From Pseudomonas aeruginosa (GTDB taxonomy: Bacteria; Pseudomonadota; Gammaproteobacteria; Pseudomonadales; Pseudomonadaceae): DNA of 32,000 nucleotides. Each line of letters begins with the position of its first letter. Within the stretch, counting starts at the first letter, position 1. This document shows positions 9,824-19,127 of this stretch, in pieces. The position numbers were made by a program, and so were the translations under genes. Where the stretch lies: contig NZ_LN831024.1 in assembly GCF_001457615.1 (NCBI RefSeq), forward strand, positions 2,040,001 through 2,072,000, in the 5' to 3' direction. The notes below the pieces were generated by a model. The model saw only the letters and a program-made list of their open reading frames with translations, was not told the origin of the DNA and did not search any database.

Positions 9824-12670
9824 ATGCGGTTCAGCAAGAAAGGAATCGCCGTGCTGCGTCTGCCGTCCCGCCGTAACACCCTTCGACCCATCGAGCGCCC
9901 GCTCGCCTGGCTTGCCGGCCTGGCGCTGGCGCTTTGTGCCGGCACTGCCGCAGGGGCTGCCGGCGGGCCGTCCAGCGTGGCGTTCTGGTACGCCGAGCGG
10001 CCGCCGCTGGCCGAGCTTTCCCAGTTCGACTGGGTGGTGCTCGAAGCGGCGCACCTCAAGCCGGCTGATGTCGGGTATCTGAAAGAGCAGGGCAGCACGC
10101 CCTTCGCCTATCTGTCGGTCGGCGAGTTCGACGGCGACGCCGCCGCCATCGCCGACAGCGGCCTGGCCCGGGGCAAGAGCGCGGTCCGCAACCAAGCCTG
10201 GAACAGCCAGGTAATGGACCTCGCCGCGCCGAGCTGGCGGGCGCACCTGCTCAAGCGCGCCGCGGAGCTGCGCAAACAGGGCTACGCCGGCCTGTTCCTC
10301 GATACCCTGGACAGCTTCCAGCTACAGGCCGAGGAGCGCCGCGAGGGCCAGCGCCGGGCGCTGGCCAGTTTCCTCGCCCAGCTGCATCGCCAGGAGCCGG
10401 GCCTCAAGCTGTTTTTCAATCGCGGTTTCGAAGTGCTGCCGGAGTTGCCCGGCGTCGCGTCGGCGGTGGCCGTGGAGTCGATCCATGCCGGTTGGGACGC
10501 CGCTGCCGGGCAATACCGCGAGGTGCCCCAGGACGATCGCGATTGGCTGAAGGGTCACCTGGATGCCCTGCGCGCCCAGGGCATGCCCATCGTCGCCATC
10601 GACTACCTGCCGCCGGAGCGGCGCGACGAGGCGCGCGCGCTCGCTGCGCGCCTGCGTAGCGAAGGCTACGTGCCGTTCGTCAGCACCCCGGCGCTGGACT
10701 ACCTGGGGGTGAGCGACGTCGAGGTGCAACCGCGGCGCATCGCGCTGCTCTACGATCCGCGCGAGGGCGACCTGACCCTGAGCCCCGGCCACGTCTACCT
10801 CGGCGGCCTGCTCGAATACCTCGGTTATCGGGTCGACTACCTGCCCACCGACCAGCCGCTGCCCGAACGTCCGCTGAGCGGTATCTACGCGGGGGTAGTC
10901 ACCTGGATGACCAGTGGACCGCCGCTGGCCAGCGACGCCTTCGACAACTGGATCGCTGCGCGTCTCGACGAAAAGGTGCCGGTGGCGTTCCTCGCCGGCC
11001 TGCCCACAGAGAACGACGGCCTGTTGCAGCGCCTGGGTATTCGCCGGCTGTCGCAGAAGCTCAAGGTCAAGCCGAGCACCGAGACCCACGACCAGGCGCT
11101 GCTGGGCGCCTTCGAAGCGCCGCTGGTGATCCGGGTCCGCGACCTGCCGGCGCTCACCGTACTCGACCCGGCGCGGGTGGCCCCGGCGCTCAAGCTCAAG
11201 GGCGACGGCAAGGAGTACGTGCCGGTGGCGACCGCCGACTGGGGCGGCTTCGCCCTGGCGCCCTATGTGCTGGAGGAGGGTAGCGAGCACCGGCGCTGGA
11301 TCCTCGATCCGTTCGCCTTCCTGCGCAAGGCCTTGCGCCTTGCGCCGCTGCCGAGTCCCGACGCGACCACCGAGAATGGCCGGCGCATCGCCACCGTGCA
11401 CATCGATGGCGACGGCTTCGTCTCCCGTGCCGAGGTGCCCGGCAGTCCCTATGCCGGCCAGCAGGTGCTGGAGGACTTCATCAAGCCCTATCCGTTCCTC
11501 ACCTCGGTCTCGGTGATCGAAGGCGAGGTCGGGCCGAAGGGCATGTACCCGCACCTGGCCAGGGAGCTGGAGCCGATCGCCCGGCGCATCTTCGCCGACG
11601 ACAAGGTCGAGGTCGCCAGCCATACCTTCAGCCATCCGTTCTTCTGGCAGCCGCAACTGGCCGAGCAGGGCGAGAACTTCGAGGCCCAGTATGGCTACAA
11701 GATGGCCATCCCGGGCTACGACAAGGTCGACTTCGTACGCGAGGTGATCGGCGCCCGCGACTACATCGAGCAGCGCCTGACCACCCCGCGGAAGCCGGTC
11801 AAGATGATCTTCTGGTCCGGCGACGCGCTGCCCGACGCCGCCACCATCAAGCTCGCCTACGACGCCGGGCTGATGAACGTCAACGGCGGCAATACCGCGC
11901 TGACCCGGGCCTTTCCCTCGCTGACCGGACTCTACCCGCTGATCCGGCCCACCCGCGGCGGCGTGCAGTACTACGCGCCGATCATCAACGAGAACGTCTA
12001 CACCAATCTCTGGCAGGGGCCGTACTACGGCTTCCGCGGCGTCATCGATACCTTCGCCCTGACCGACAGCCCGCGCCGCCTGCGCGGCCTGCACCTGTAC
12101 TACCACTTCTATTCGGGGACCAAGCAGGCCTCGATCCGCACCATGCACCAGATCTACGCGGCGATGCAGGCGGAGCATCCGTTGTCGCTGTGGATGAGCG
12201 ACTACATCCCGCGCCTGGAAGGCCTGCATCGCGCCAGCCTGGCCAAGCGTGCCGATGGCAGCTGGCAGTTGCGCGGCTTCGCCGCCTTGCGCACGGTGCG
12301 CCTGGACCCGGCGCTGGGTTGGCCGGACCTCGCTCGCTCCACGGGAGTCGCGGGCGTGCGCGACCTGCCCCAGGGGCGCTATGTACACCTGAGTGCGGCG
12401 AATGCGCGCCTGGTCCTGCGCGACAGCCGCGATCCGCGGCCGGCGCTGGAGGAGGCCAACCTGCCGCTGAAGCACTGGCGCTACCGCGACGATGGCCGCG
12501 TCGAGTTCGCCTTCGCCGGGCACCTGCCATTGCGCCTGGTGGTGCGCGCGGCGGGCGATTGCCGGCTGAGCGCGGCCGGCAAGGCCTTCCCGGGAAAGGC
12601 CGGCAACGGCCTGTGGACGTTCGAGTTGCCGATGGAGCAGGTGCGCGATGGCCAACTCGTCTGCCGCTGA
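9824..12670 (+). CDS. pelA: PelA, periplasmic Pel polysaccharide deacetylase / glycoside hydrolase
   Basis: 948 aa ORF; signal peptide region RPLAWLAGLALALCAGTAAGAAGG; N-terminal hydrolase-like domain (VAVESIHAGWDAAAGQYREV...VAIDYLPPERRDEA); C-terminal deacetylase-like segment (RRIATVHIDGDGFVSR, EVASHTFSHPFFWQP). First gene of the syntenic pelA-G operon. Confidence 0.96.
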   Translation: MRFSKKGIAVLRLPSRRNTLRPIERPLAWLAGLALALCAGTAAGAAGGPSSVAFWYAERPPLAELSQFDWVVLEAAHLKPADVGYLKEQGSTPFAYLSVGEFDGDAAAIADSGLARGKSAVRNQAWNSQVMDLAAPSWRAHLLKRAAELRKQGYAGLFLDTLDSFQLQAEERREGQRRALASFLAQLHRQEPGLKLFFNRGFEVLPELPGVASAVAVESIHAGWDAAAGQYREVPQDDRDWLKGHLDALRAQGMPIVAIDYLPPERRDEARALAARLRSEGYVPFVSTPALDYLGVSDVEVQPRRIALLYDPREGDLTLSPGHVYLGGLLEYLGYRVDYLPTDQPLPERPLSGIYAGVVTWMTSGPPLASDAFDNWIAARLDEKVPVAFLAGLPTENDGLLQRLGIRRLSQKLKVKPSTETHDQALLGAFEAPLVIRVRDLPALTVLDPARVAPALKLKGDGKEYVPVATADWGGFALAPYVLEEGSEHRRWILDPFAFLRKALRLAPLPSPDATTENGRRIATVHIDGDGFVSRAEVPGSPYAGQQVLEDFIKPYPFLTSVSVIEGEVGPKGMYPHLARELEPIARRIFADDKVEVASHTFSHPFFWQPQLAEQGENFEAQYGYKMAIPGYDKVDFVREVIGARDYIEQRLTTPRKPVKMIFWSGDALPDAATIKLAYDAGLMNVNGGNTALTRAFPSLTGLYPLIRPTRGGVQYYAPIINENVYTNLWQGPYYGFRGVIDTFALTDSPRRLRGLHLYYHFYSGTKQASIRTMHQIYAAMQAEHPLSLWMSDYIPRLEGLHRASLAKRADGSWQLRGFAALRTVRLDPALGWPDLARSTGVAGVRDLPQGRYVHLSAANARLVLRDSRDPRPALEEANLPLKHWRYRDDGRVEFAFAGHLPLRLVVRAAGDCRLSAAGKAFPGKAGNGLWTFELPMEQVRDGQLVCR

Positions 12671-15600
12671 CAAGCATCCCAAGGCGCGCCTGCTGAATCC
12701 CTGGGCCCTGCTGCCGGTCGCTCTCGGGGTGGCGCTGGTGCTGTGGCTGACCTTCAACAGCGAAGAGGTATTCATGCCCAGCGGCGATGGCGAGCCCGAC
12801 GCGGTCTCGGTGAACTACGCCGAACTGCTGTTGCAGGCGCACCCGGAGAACGACGCGCTGCGCCTGACCCTGATCGACCTGCTGGTCAAGCTCGGCGACT
12901 TCGAGCAGGCGCGTCATCACCTCGCCCGTCTGCGCGGCAAGGACCGCCTGGCAACGCCGTTCTACGAGGTGGAACTGGACATCCTTGGCGCCCTGGCCAG
13001 GCCCGAGGGCATGGATGAGGAGCAGACGCGCCGATTGCTGGAGCGCCTGCGCAAGATCGAGCATGTTTCGTTGAACGACGCCATGCTCGAACGACTTGCC
13101 CGTCATGCCCTGGCCCTGGACGCGCCGGACCTGGCGGCGCGGACCTTTGCCGAACTGGCCGGCCGCGACCCGCAGGGCCGGCAGCGCTGGCTGGACGAGG
13201 CGGCGCGCTGGTACCTGGCTTCCGGCGAGCCGCTGCCGGCGGCGGACATCCAGCGGCAACTGGCCGAAGCGCAAACCGAGCCGGCGAAGCGCCTGGCCTA
13301 TCTGCGCCAGGCCTTCGCCAGCCTGCTCGCTGGCGAGCGCGGCGAACAGGCGGCGTTGTTGCTGGACGAGCGGCTGGACGCCTTGCCGGAGGATGAATCG
13401 ACCCTGGCCTGGCTCGCCGAGGGCGTACGCGCCGCCGAAGGCAGCCAGCGCTACGACCTGGCCGAACGCTTCATCCGGCGCTGGCGCGAATTGCGCCCCG
13501 AGGACCATGAGGCGCTGGCCGCCGACCTGCGCCTGAACATGGCCGCCGGGCGGATCGAGCGGGCCTGGGAGGTCGGCCAGGAGCTGCTGGCCCTGCGCCC
13601 GGAGGACAGGACGCTGCTGGCCGATCTCGCGCGCCTTGGCGAATGGACCGGCAACGGCCCGCGGGCGCTGGGCCTGTGGAAGCAACTGCTGGCCGGCGCC
13701 GATGACCCGGCCCTGCGCGAGCATGCCTGGCGCCTGTCGCTGCAGATGTTCGATTTCGACAGCGCCATCGAGCTGCTGGCGCCCATCGGTGCGCAGCGAC
13801 AGATGACCGACGAGGAACTCGATGCGCTGGTCTACAGCCATGAAACCCGCGGCACGCCGGAAGAGGGCGAGGCATGGCTGCGCGGCTACGTGCAGCGTTA
13901 TCCGAAACAGCGCCTGGCCTGGCAGCGCTTGCAACAGATTCTCGAACACACCCAGCAGTTGCAGGAAGAGACCGGGGTCTGGGCGCGGATGGCCCGGCAT
14001 TTCCCGCTGAGTGTCAAGGAACGCATGCAGTGGGCGGAAACCCACTGGAACCTGTTCGATCCGCGCCAGGCCTGGAAGGTCCTCGCCGGCGTGGATACCC
14101 GCGCGATCCGCGAGCCGGAGTTCTGGCGCCTGCGCGCGGCGCTGGCCTGGGCCCTGGAGCAGGACGACGATGCCCGCGCCGCCTACGAGCGCATGCTGGC
14201 CCTGGACATCCGCCTGAACAGCAGCGACGAGGACCAGTTGATCGCCCTGTACCGGGACAGCAATCCGAAGCAGGCCTTGCAGGTGCTTATCGGCAGTTGG
14301 CAGCGCAGCCGCGATCCGCGGCGCCTGGCCCGCGCCCTGCAACTGGCGGAGAACCTCCACGACTGGCCGGCCCTGAAGAGCCTGCTGGCCGAGGCCGAAG
14401 GCCTGCCGGAAGCGCAGGGCAGCCCCTATTACTGGGTGGCCAGGGCGCGGCTGGCGGAACAGGAAGGCCATGGCGACGTCGCCGAGCGTCTGTACCGGGA
14501 AGCCTTGGTGCGTTTCCCCGGCGAGAACCTGGTGCGCGAACGCCTGCTCTGGTTCTACATCGACCGTGGCCGTCGCGACAGCCTGGCGCCCCTGTTGGCG
14601 CAGTGGCATGGCCTGGCGCTGCGGGACAGCACGCTGTGGCTGCCGTTCGCCAGCGCCAGCCTGCTGCTCGAGCGTAACGACCAGGCGCTGGCCTGGTTCC
14701 GCCTGTACCTCAAGTCCAATCCCAACGACTGGCTGGTGCAGGCCGCCTACGCCGACGCACTGGATGCCAGCGGCTACCAGGACAAGGCACTGCGCCTGCG
14801 CCGACTACTGCTCCGGCGGCTCGACCGCGAGGCGGTCAGGGCCACCCCGGACAGCTTCGCCGCCTACCTGCGCCTGCTCGCCGTGGCCCAGGGGCCGCTG
14901 CTCGCCCAGGGCGAGGCGCGGCGGGCCTGGAATGGCGAGCCGGCGATGCTGCAGCTGTGGTTCGAGCAGTTCCTCGACCAGCTCGCCGCCACCAACCAGG
15001 AGCCGCTGAAGGATGACTGGCTGGCCTGGGCGCGCGGCCGGGGCCTGAAGATCGGGCGCAACGAAGAGATCCAGGCCGCCCTGCGCAGCCAGAATCGCGC
15101 CGCCCTGCAACGCCTGCTGGAGCGCGGCGAGCTGGATCCGGCGCAGCGGGTCGAGGCGCTGGTGCGTCTCGGCCATGGCGGCGAAGCGCTGGGCGAGGCC
15201 CTGGGCGCACTGGGCGACGGCCACTCGCGCGACAACCGCGAGCAGCTGCGGCGGCAGGCGGCGGAAATCCTCGAACGCACTCCCCAGGGCCTGCAACTGG
15301 GTTGGAACAAGCGCGACTTCGGCGGTCTCGACTTCAAGGGGCCGACGCTGCGCGCGGCGCGCCACCTCGGCGACGACTGGTACGCCGATCTCGAACTGGG
15401 CAGTGGCCGCTATCACGGCGATGCGCTGGATAGCTCGCTCCTCGGTAGCGAACGCAACGCCAGGCTGACGTTGCGGCGCGAACTGGCCGATGGCTTCGCC
15501 GCGGCGACGCTCGATGGCAGCTGGCGCGACGACGAGGACCGCCACGGTCTGGGGGTGCTGCGCAATTGGCGGCTGAGCTCGCGCGACGAACTGGAAGCGG

Positions 15601-16229
15601 GCCTCGATTGGCACCGCGAGACCGACGAGACCGGCCTGATGCGAGCCCTCGGCATGCGCGACAGCCTACGGCTCGGCGGCCGCCACACCCTCAGCGGGCG
15701 CGACCAGTTGAGCTGGTCGCTGGCGCACAACCGCTTCTCTACCCGCCAGGGCGACGACCTCGGCAACGGCGAGGCGCTGTCCCTGGAATGGGCCCACACA
15801 CTGTTCTTCGACGGCCCGGCCTGGCAACTGCGCGGCGGCATCGACTACCAGCGCAATCGCCTGGAGAACCGCGTGCCGGACGACCTGCTGGCGGCCCATG
15901 GCGGTGCGCTGGCGCTCGATGGCGCGCGCAGCCAGGACCTGCTGCAGGACCGCTATGGCCAGGTCTACCTCGGCAGCACCTGGCGCCGTGGCTTCCCTGG
16001 CGCGCTGAACCGCAGCCGTCCGCAATACACCTGGATCGTCGACACCCTGGCCGGCTGGCAGTGGACAGAGAAGGAGTTCAACTACGGCATCGATCTCGGC
16101 ATCGGCATGGAGCTGCTGGGCGACGACGAACTGGCGTTCACCTTCGGCTACCAGTCGGCTCCCCAGGGCGGTGGCGGCGATGCCGGCGGCACGCTCGGGG
16201 TGACCTACAGCACGCGCTTCGGCCGCTGA
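12648..16229 (+). CDS. pelB: PelB, TPR-containing outer-membrane beta-barrel Pel export protein
   Basis: 1193 aa ORF; N-terminal TM (LLPVALGVALVLWLTF), long TPR-like helical region, C-terminal barrel-like repeats ending in a terminal Phe-Gly-Arg; overlaps the pelA 3' end by 23 bp. Confidence 0.95.
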   Translation: MANSSAADKHPKARLLNPWALLPVALGVALVLWLTFNSEEVFMPSGDGEPDAVSVNYAELLLQAHPENDALRLTLIDLLVKLGDFEQARHHLARLRGKDRLATPFYEVELDILGALARPEGMDEEQTRRLLERLRKIEHVSLNDAMLERLARHALALDAPDLAARTFAELAGRDPQGRQRWLDEAARWYLASGEPLPAADIQRQLAEAQTEPAKRLAYLRQAFASLLAGERGEQAALLLDERLDALPEDESTLAWLAEGVRAAEGSQRYDLAERFIRRWRELRPEDHEALAADLRLNMAAGRIERAWEVGQELLALRPEDRTLLADLARLGEWTGNGPRALGLWKQLLAGADDPALREHAWRLSLQMFDFDSAIELLAPIGAQRQMTDEELDALVYSHETRGTPEEGEAWLRGYVQRYPKQRLAWQRLQQILEHTQQLQEETGVWARMARHFPLSVKERMQWAETHWNLFDPRQAWKVLAGVDTRAIREPEFWRLRAALAWALEQDDDARAAYERMLALDIRLNSSDEDQLIALYRDSNPKQALQVLIGSWQRSRDPRRLARALQLAENLHDWPALKSLLAEAEGLPEAQGSPYYWVARARLAEQEGHGDVAERLYREALVRFPGENLVRERLLWFYIDRGRRDSLAPLLAQWHGLALRDSTLWLPFASASLLLERNDQALAWFRLYLKSNPNDWLVQAAYADALDASGYQDKALRLRRLLLRRLDREAVRATPDSFAAYLRLLAVAQGPLLAQGEARRAWNGEPAMLQLWFEQFLDQLAATNQEPLKDDWLAWARGRGLKIGRNEEIQAALRSQNRAALQRLLERGELDPAQRVEALVRLGHGGEALGEALGALGDGHSRDNREQLRRQAAEILERTPQGLQLGWNKRDFGGLDFKGPTLRAARHLGDDWYADLELGSGRYHGDALDSSLLGSERNARLTLRRELADGFAAATLDGSWRDDEDRHGLGVLRNWRLSSRDELEAGLDWHRETDETGLMRALGMRDSLRLGGRHTLSGRDQLSWSLAHNRFSTRQGDDLGNGEALSLEWAHTLFFDGPAWQLRGGIDYQRNRLENRVPDDLLAAHGGALALDGARSQDLLQDRYGQVYLGSTWRRGFPGALNRSRPQYTWIVDTLAGWQWTEKEFNYGIDLGIGMELLGDDELAFTFGYQSAPQGGGGDAGGTLGVTYSTRFGR

Positions 16230-16268
16230 ACGCGGCCCGGATACGGAACTCAACAGGAGGAACACAAC

Positions 16269-16787
16269 ATGCAATCCATCCGCTGCCTGGCTCTCGCGGC
16301 CGTCGCCCTGTTCATGGCGGGCTGCTCCAGCTTCACCAGCGAAAGCGCTACGCCGCTGGCGCGCGGCGCGCAGTGGGGCCTGGTGCCGCTGCTCAATTAT
16401 TCCCAGGCGCCGCAGGCCGGCGAGCGTGCCGAGCAGATCCTGCTCAGCGTGCTGGCCGAGGAGGGCGTGCGGCCGCGCCTGTACCCGGCGCAGCCGCAAG
16501 GCGACCTGCAACTGGTCGACGACCGCGAGCGCCAGCAGCGCGCCCTGGACTGGGCACGCCAGCAGAAGCTGGCCTACGTGGTCACCGGCAGCGTCGAGGA
16601 GTGGCAGTACAAGAACGGCCTCGACGGCGAGCCGGCGGTGGGCGTCAGCCTGCAGGTGCTGGAGCCGGCCTCCGGGCGGGTGCTCTGGAGCACCAGCGGG
16701 GCGCGCGCCGGCTGGTCCCGGGAAAGCCTGGCGGGCGCCGCGCAGAAAGTCCTGCGCGAGCTGGTCGGCGACCTGCGGCTCGAGTGA
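16269..16787 (+). CDS. pelC: PelC, outer-membrane lipoprotein of Pel export
   Basis: 172 aa ORF; MQSIRCLALAAVALFMAGC lipobox; strong SD AGGAGG upstream; operon context. Confidence 0.95.
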   Translation: MQSIRCLALAAVALFMAGCSSFTSESATPLARGAQWGLVPLLNYSQAPQAGERAEQILLSVLAEEGVRPRLYPAQPQGDLQLVDDRERQQRALDWARQQKLAYVVTGSVEEWQYKNGLDGEPAVGVSLQVLEPASGRVLWSTSGARAGWSRESLAGAAQKVLRELVGDLRLE

Positions 16788-16792
16788 CGGCG

Positions 16793-18160
16793 ATGTCCGC
16801 GCACAAGGATTTCGCCCTCGCACCGCGCGCCAGCGGCAGCGTCTCCTGGGTCGAGACTCTGGTCATCAGCGCACTCGCGCTGGGCCTGGGCTGGTGGTTC
16901 TGCCCGGACGACCCGCTGCAGGTCAACGCCACCTTTCCCTGGGTGATCCTCGCGCCCCTGTTGCTGGGCATGCGCTACGGCTTCGTCCGCGGGTTGGCCA
17001 GCGCGGCGCTGCTGGTGGCGGCGCTGTTCGCGTTTCGCGTCCAGGGCGTCGAGGCCTATGCCCAGGTACCGGCGGCCTTCATCGTCGGCGTGCTGCTCTG
17101 CGCCATGTTGGTGGGCGAGTTCCGCGACATCTGGGAACGCCGCCTGGAGCGCCTGGAGCTGGCGAACGAGTACCGTCAGTTGCGCCTCGACGAATTCACC
17201 CGCGCCCATCACATCCTGCGCATCTCCCACGATCGCCTGGAACAGCGGGTCGCCGGCAACGACCAGAGCCTGCGCAGTTCGCTGCTCGGTCTGCGACAAC
17301 TGCTGCGCGAGCTGCCGGGCGATGAGGCACCGCTCGATGCGCTGGCGGAAACCGTGCTGACGCTGCTGGCCCAGTACGGTTCGCTGCGCATCGCCGGACT
17401 CTACCGGGTGCGCCACGACCGCACCCCGGAGCCGCAACCCTTGGCGACGCTCGGCGAGATGCCGGCGCTGGACGCCGACGATCTGCTGGTGCGCACCTGC
17501 CTGGAGCGCGGCGAACTGGTCAGCGTGCGCCAGGAACTGCTGGAGCGTGGCGAGCAGCGTGCGCACAGCGCGCTGCAGGTGTGCGTGCCGCTGGTCGACA
17601 CCGATGGGCGGATCCTTGCCCTGCTGGCGGTGGAGCAGATGCCGTTCTTCGTCTTCAACGAACGTACCTTCAGCCTGCTGGCGATCCTCGCCGGGCACAT
17701 CGCCGACTTGCTGCAGAGCGACCGTCGCGCACTGCAACTGGCCGACATCGACGCCCAGCGCTTCTCCCAGTACCTCAAGCGCTCCCTGCTGGACGCCCGC
17801 GACCATGGATTGCCGGCCTGCCTGTATGCCTTCGAGTTGACCGATGCGCGCTACGGCGAAGAGGTCCAGCGTCTGCTGGAAGGCAGCCAGCGTGGCCTCG
17901 ACGTGCAGTTGCGACTGCGCAACGACGAGGGCCGGCGGGTCCTGCTGGTGTTGTTGCCGCTGACTTCCGCCGAAGGCTCCCAGGGGTATCTGCAGCGCCT
18001 GAGGATTCTCTTCGCCGAACGCTTCGGCCAGGCCCGCGAGCTGGAGTCGCTGGGCGTGCGCATCCGCCAGTACGAACTGGACGCCGGCAACGATCGGCAG
18101 GCGCTGGGACATTTCCTTTTCAACGAGTGCGGCCTGAATGATCAGCAAGTGGCTGTTTAG
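16793..18160 (+). CDS. pelD: PelD, inner-membrane GAF/degenerate GGDEF c-di-GMP receptor
   Basis: 455 aa from the internal ATG MSAHKDFALAPRASGSVSWVETLVISALALGLGW...; N-terminal TM helices; C-terminal RNDEGRRVLLVLLPLT in place of a catalytic GGDEF, with an upstream RxxD-type segment (RYGE...RGLDVQLRLRNDEGRR). The ORF-track start at 15566 is an upstream over-extension into pelB. Confidence 0.94.
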   Translation: MSAHKDFALAPRASGSVSWVETLVISALALGLGWWFCPDDPLQVNATFPWVILAPLLLGMRYGFVRGLASAALLVAALFAFRVQGVEAYAQVPAAFIVGVLLCAMLVGEFRDIWERRLERLELANEYRQLRLDEFTRAHHILRISHDRLEQRVAGNDQSLRSSLLGLRQLLRELPGDEAPLDALAETVLTLLAQYGSLRIAGLYRVRHDRTPEPQPLATLGEMPALDADDLLVRTCLERGELVSVRQELLERGEQRAHSALQVCVPLVDTDGRILALLAVEQMPFFVFNERTFSLLAILAGHIADLLQSDRRALQLADIDAQRFSQYLKRSLLDARDHGLPACLYAFELTDARYGEEVQRLLEGSQRGLDVQLRLRNDEGRRVLLVLLPLTSAEGSQGYLQRLRILFAERFGQARELESLGVRIRQYELDAGNDRQALGHFLFNECGLNDQQVAV

Positions 18161-19127
18161 CGGCGCCTTCCTGTTCGAGCTGAGCAGTTGGGCGAGCGTC
18201 TTCGCCGACCTGCCGTTCGGCCAGGCGCTGGCGCTCTACCTGTTCGCCCACGGCCTGGGCAGCGCGCTGCTGTGCGTCGGCGTATGGCTGCTGCTGCCGC
18301 GGCGCTACAAGTTCCCGCTGCCGTGGAGCCCGCTGTTCCTCTTCAGCCTGGCCTTCTTCGTGCCGCTGATCGGAGCGGTCGGCGTCGCTGCGGCGGTATT
18401 CCCGGCGCTGTACCTGCCGCGCCAGCGTGGCGAGCAGGCCTGGCAGGCGATGGGCGTCCCCGAGCTGCCGTTCCGGCCGAAGGAAAAGCGCCTCGACATG
18501 ATGTTCAGCGACGGCGGTCTGCAGGACGTCCTGCGCCATGCGCCGGACCCGAACCAGCGGCTCACGGCGATCTTCGCCACCCGGCGGATGCCCGGCAAGG
18601 AGGCGATCCCGATCCTCAAGCTGGCCCTGCGCGACCCCGCCGACGACGTCCGCCTGCTGGCCTACTCGATGCTCGACCAGAAGGAAAGCCGGATCAACCA
18701 GCGCATCGAGGCCGCCCTCGGCCGCCTCGCCGGCGCCACGCCGGCGCGACGCGGCGCGCTGCACGGAACCCTGGCGCGCTGGTACTGGGAACTGGCCTAC
18801 CTGGGGTTGGCCCAGGGCAGCGTGCTGGAGCACATCCTCGAGCAGGCGCGCGAGCATACCGACCAGGCGCTGCGCGGCGCACCCTCGGCCGACCTGCATC
18901 TGCTGGCCGGGCGCATCGCCCTCGAACAAGGCCGCCTGGAGGATGCCGGACGCGCCCTCCAGGCCGCCGAGGAGGCGGGAATCGATAGCGCCCAGCTGGC
19001 GCCGTTCCGCGCCGAGGTGGCGTTCTTCCAGCGGCGCTACCGGGACATCCCCCGGCTTCTCGCCGGAATGCCCGACGACATGCTGCAACGGCCGCCCTTC
19101 GCGGCCCTGGCGAGATACTGGACATGA
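18138..19127 (+). CDS. pelE: PelE, inner-membrane TPR/HEAT-like protein of Pel biosynthesis
   Basis: 329 aa ORF, MISKWLFSGAFLFELSSWASVFADLPFGQALALYLFAHG...; two N-terminal TM segments; 23-bp overlap with pelD and 4-bp ATGA overlap with pelF. Confidence 0.94.
   Translation: MISKWLFSGAFLFELSSWASVFADLPFGQALALYLFAHGLGSALLCVGVWLLLPRRYKFPLPWSPLFLFSLAFFVPLIGAVGVAAAVFPALYLPRQRGEQAWQAMGVPELPFRPKEKRLDMMFSDGGLQDVLRHAPDPNQRLTAIFATRRMPGKEAIPILKLALRDPADDVRLLAYSMLDQKESRINQRIEAALGRLAGATPARRGALHGTLARWYWELAYLGLAQGSVLEHILEQAREHTDQALRGAPSADLHLLAGRIALEQGRLEDAGRALQAAEEAGIDSAQLAPFRAEVAFFQRRYRDIPRLLAGMPDDMLQRPPFAALARYWT

Noticed and set aside
12042-14609. 855-aa minus-strand ORF antisense to pelA/pelB
   Set aside because: Same GC-driven antisense artefact; also 10322..12775 (817 aa), 16574..18148 (524 aa), 19037..20659 (540 aa), 20331..21701 (456 aa) and 29484..31958 (824 aa).
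16793-18160. Possibility that PelD region is an active diguanylate cyclase
   Set aside because: The GGDEF-like position reads RNDEGRR and no canonical GG(D/E)EF catalytic motif is present; consistent with the known receptor-only role of PelD.
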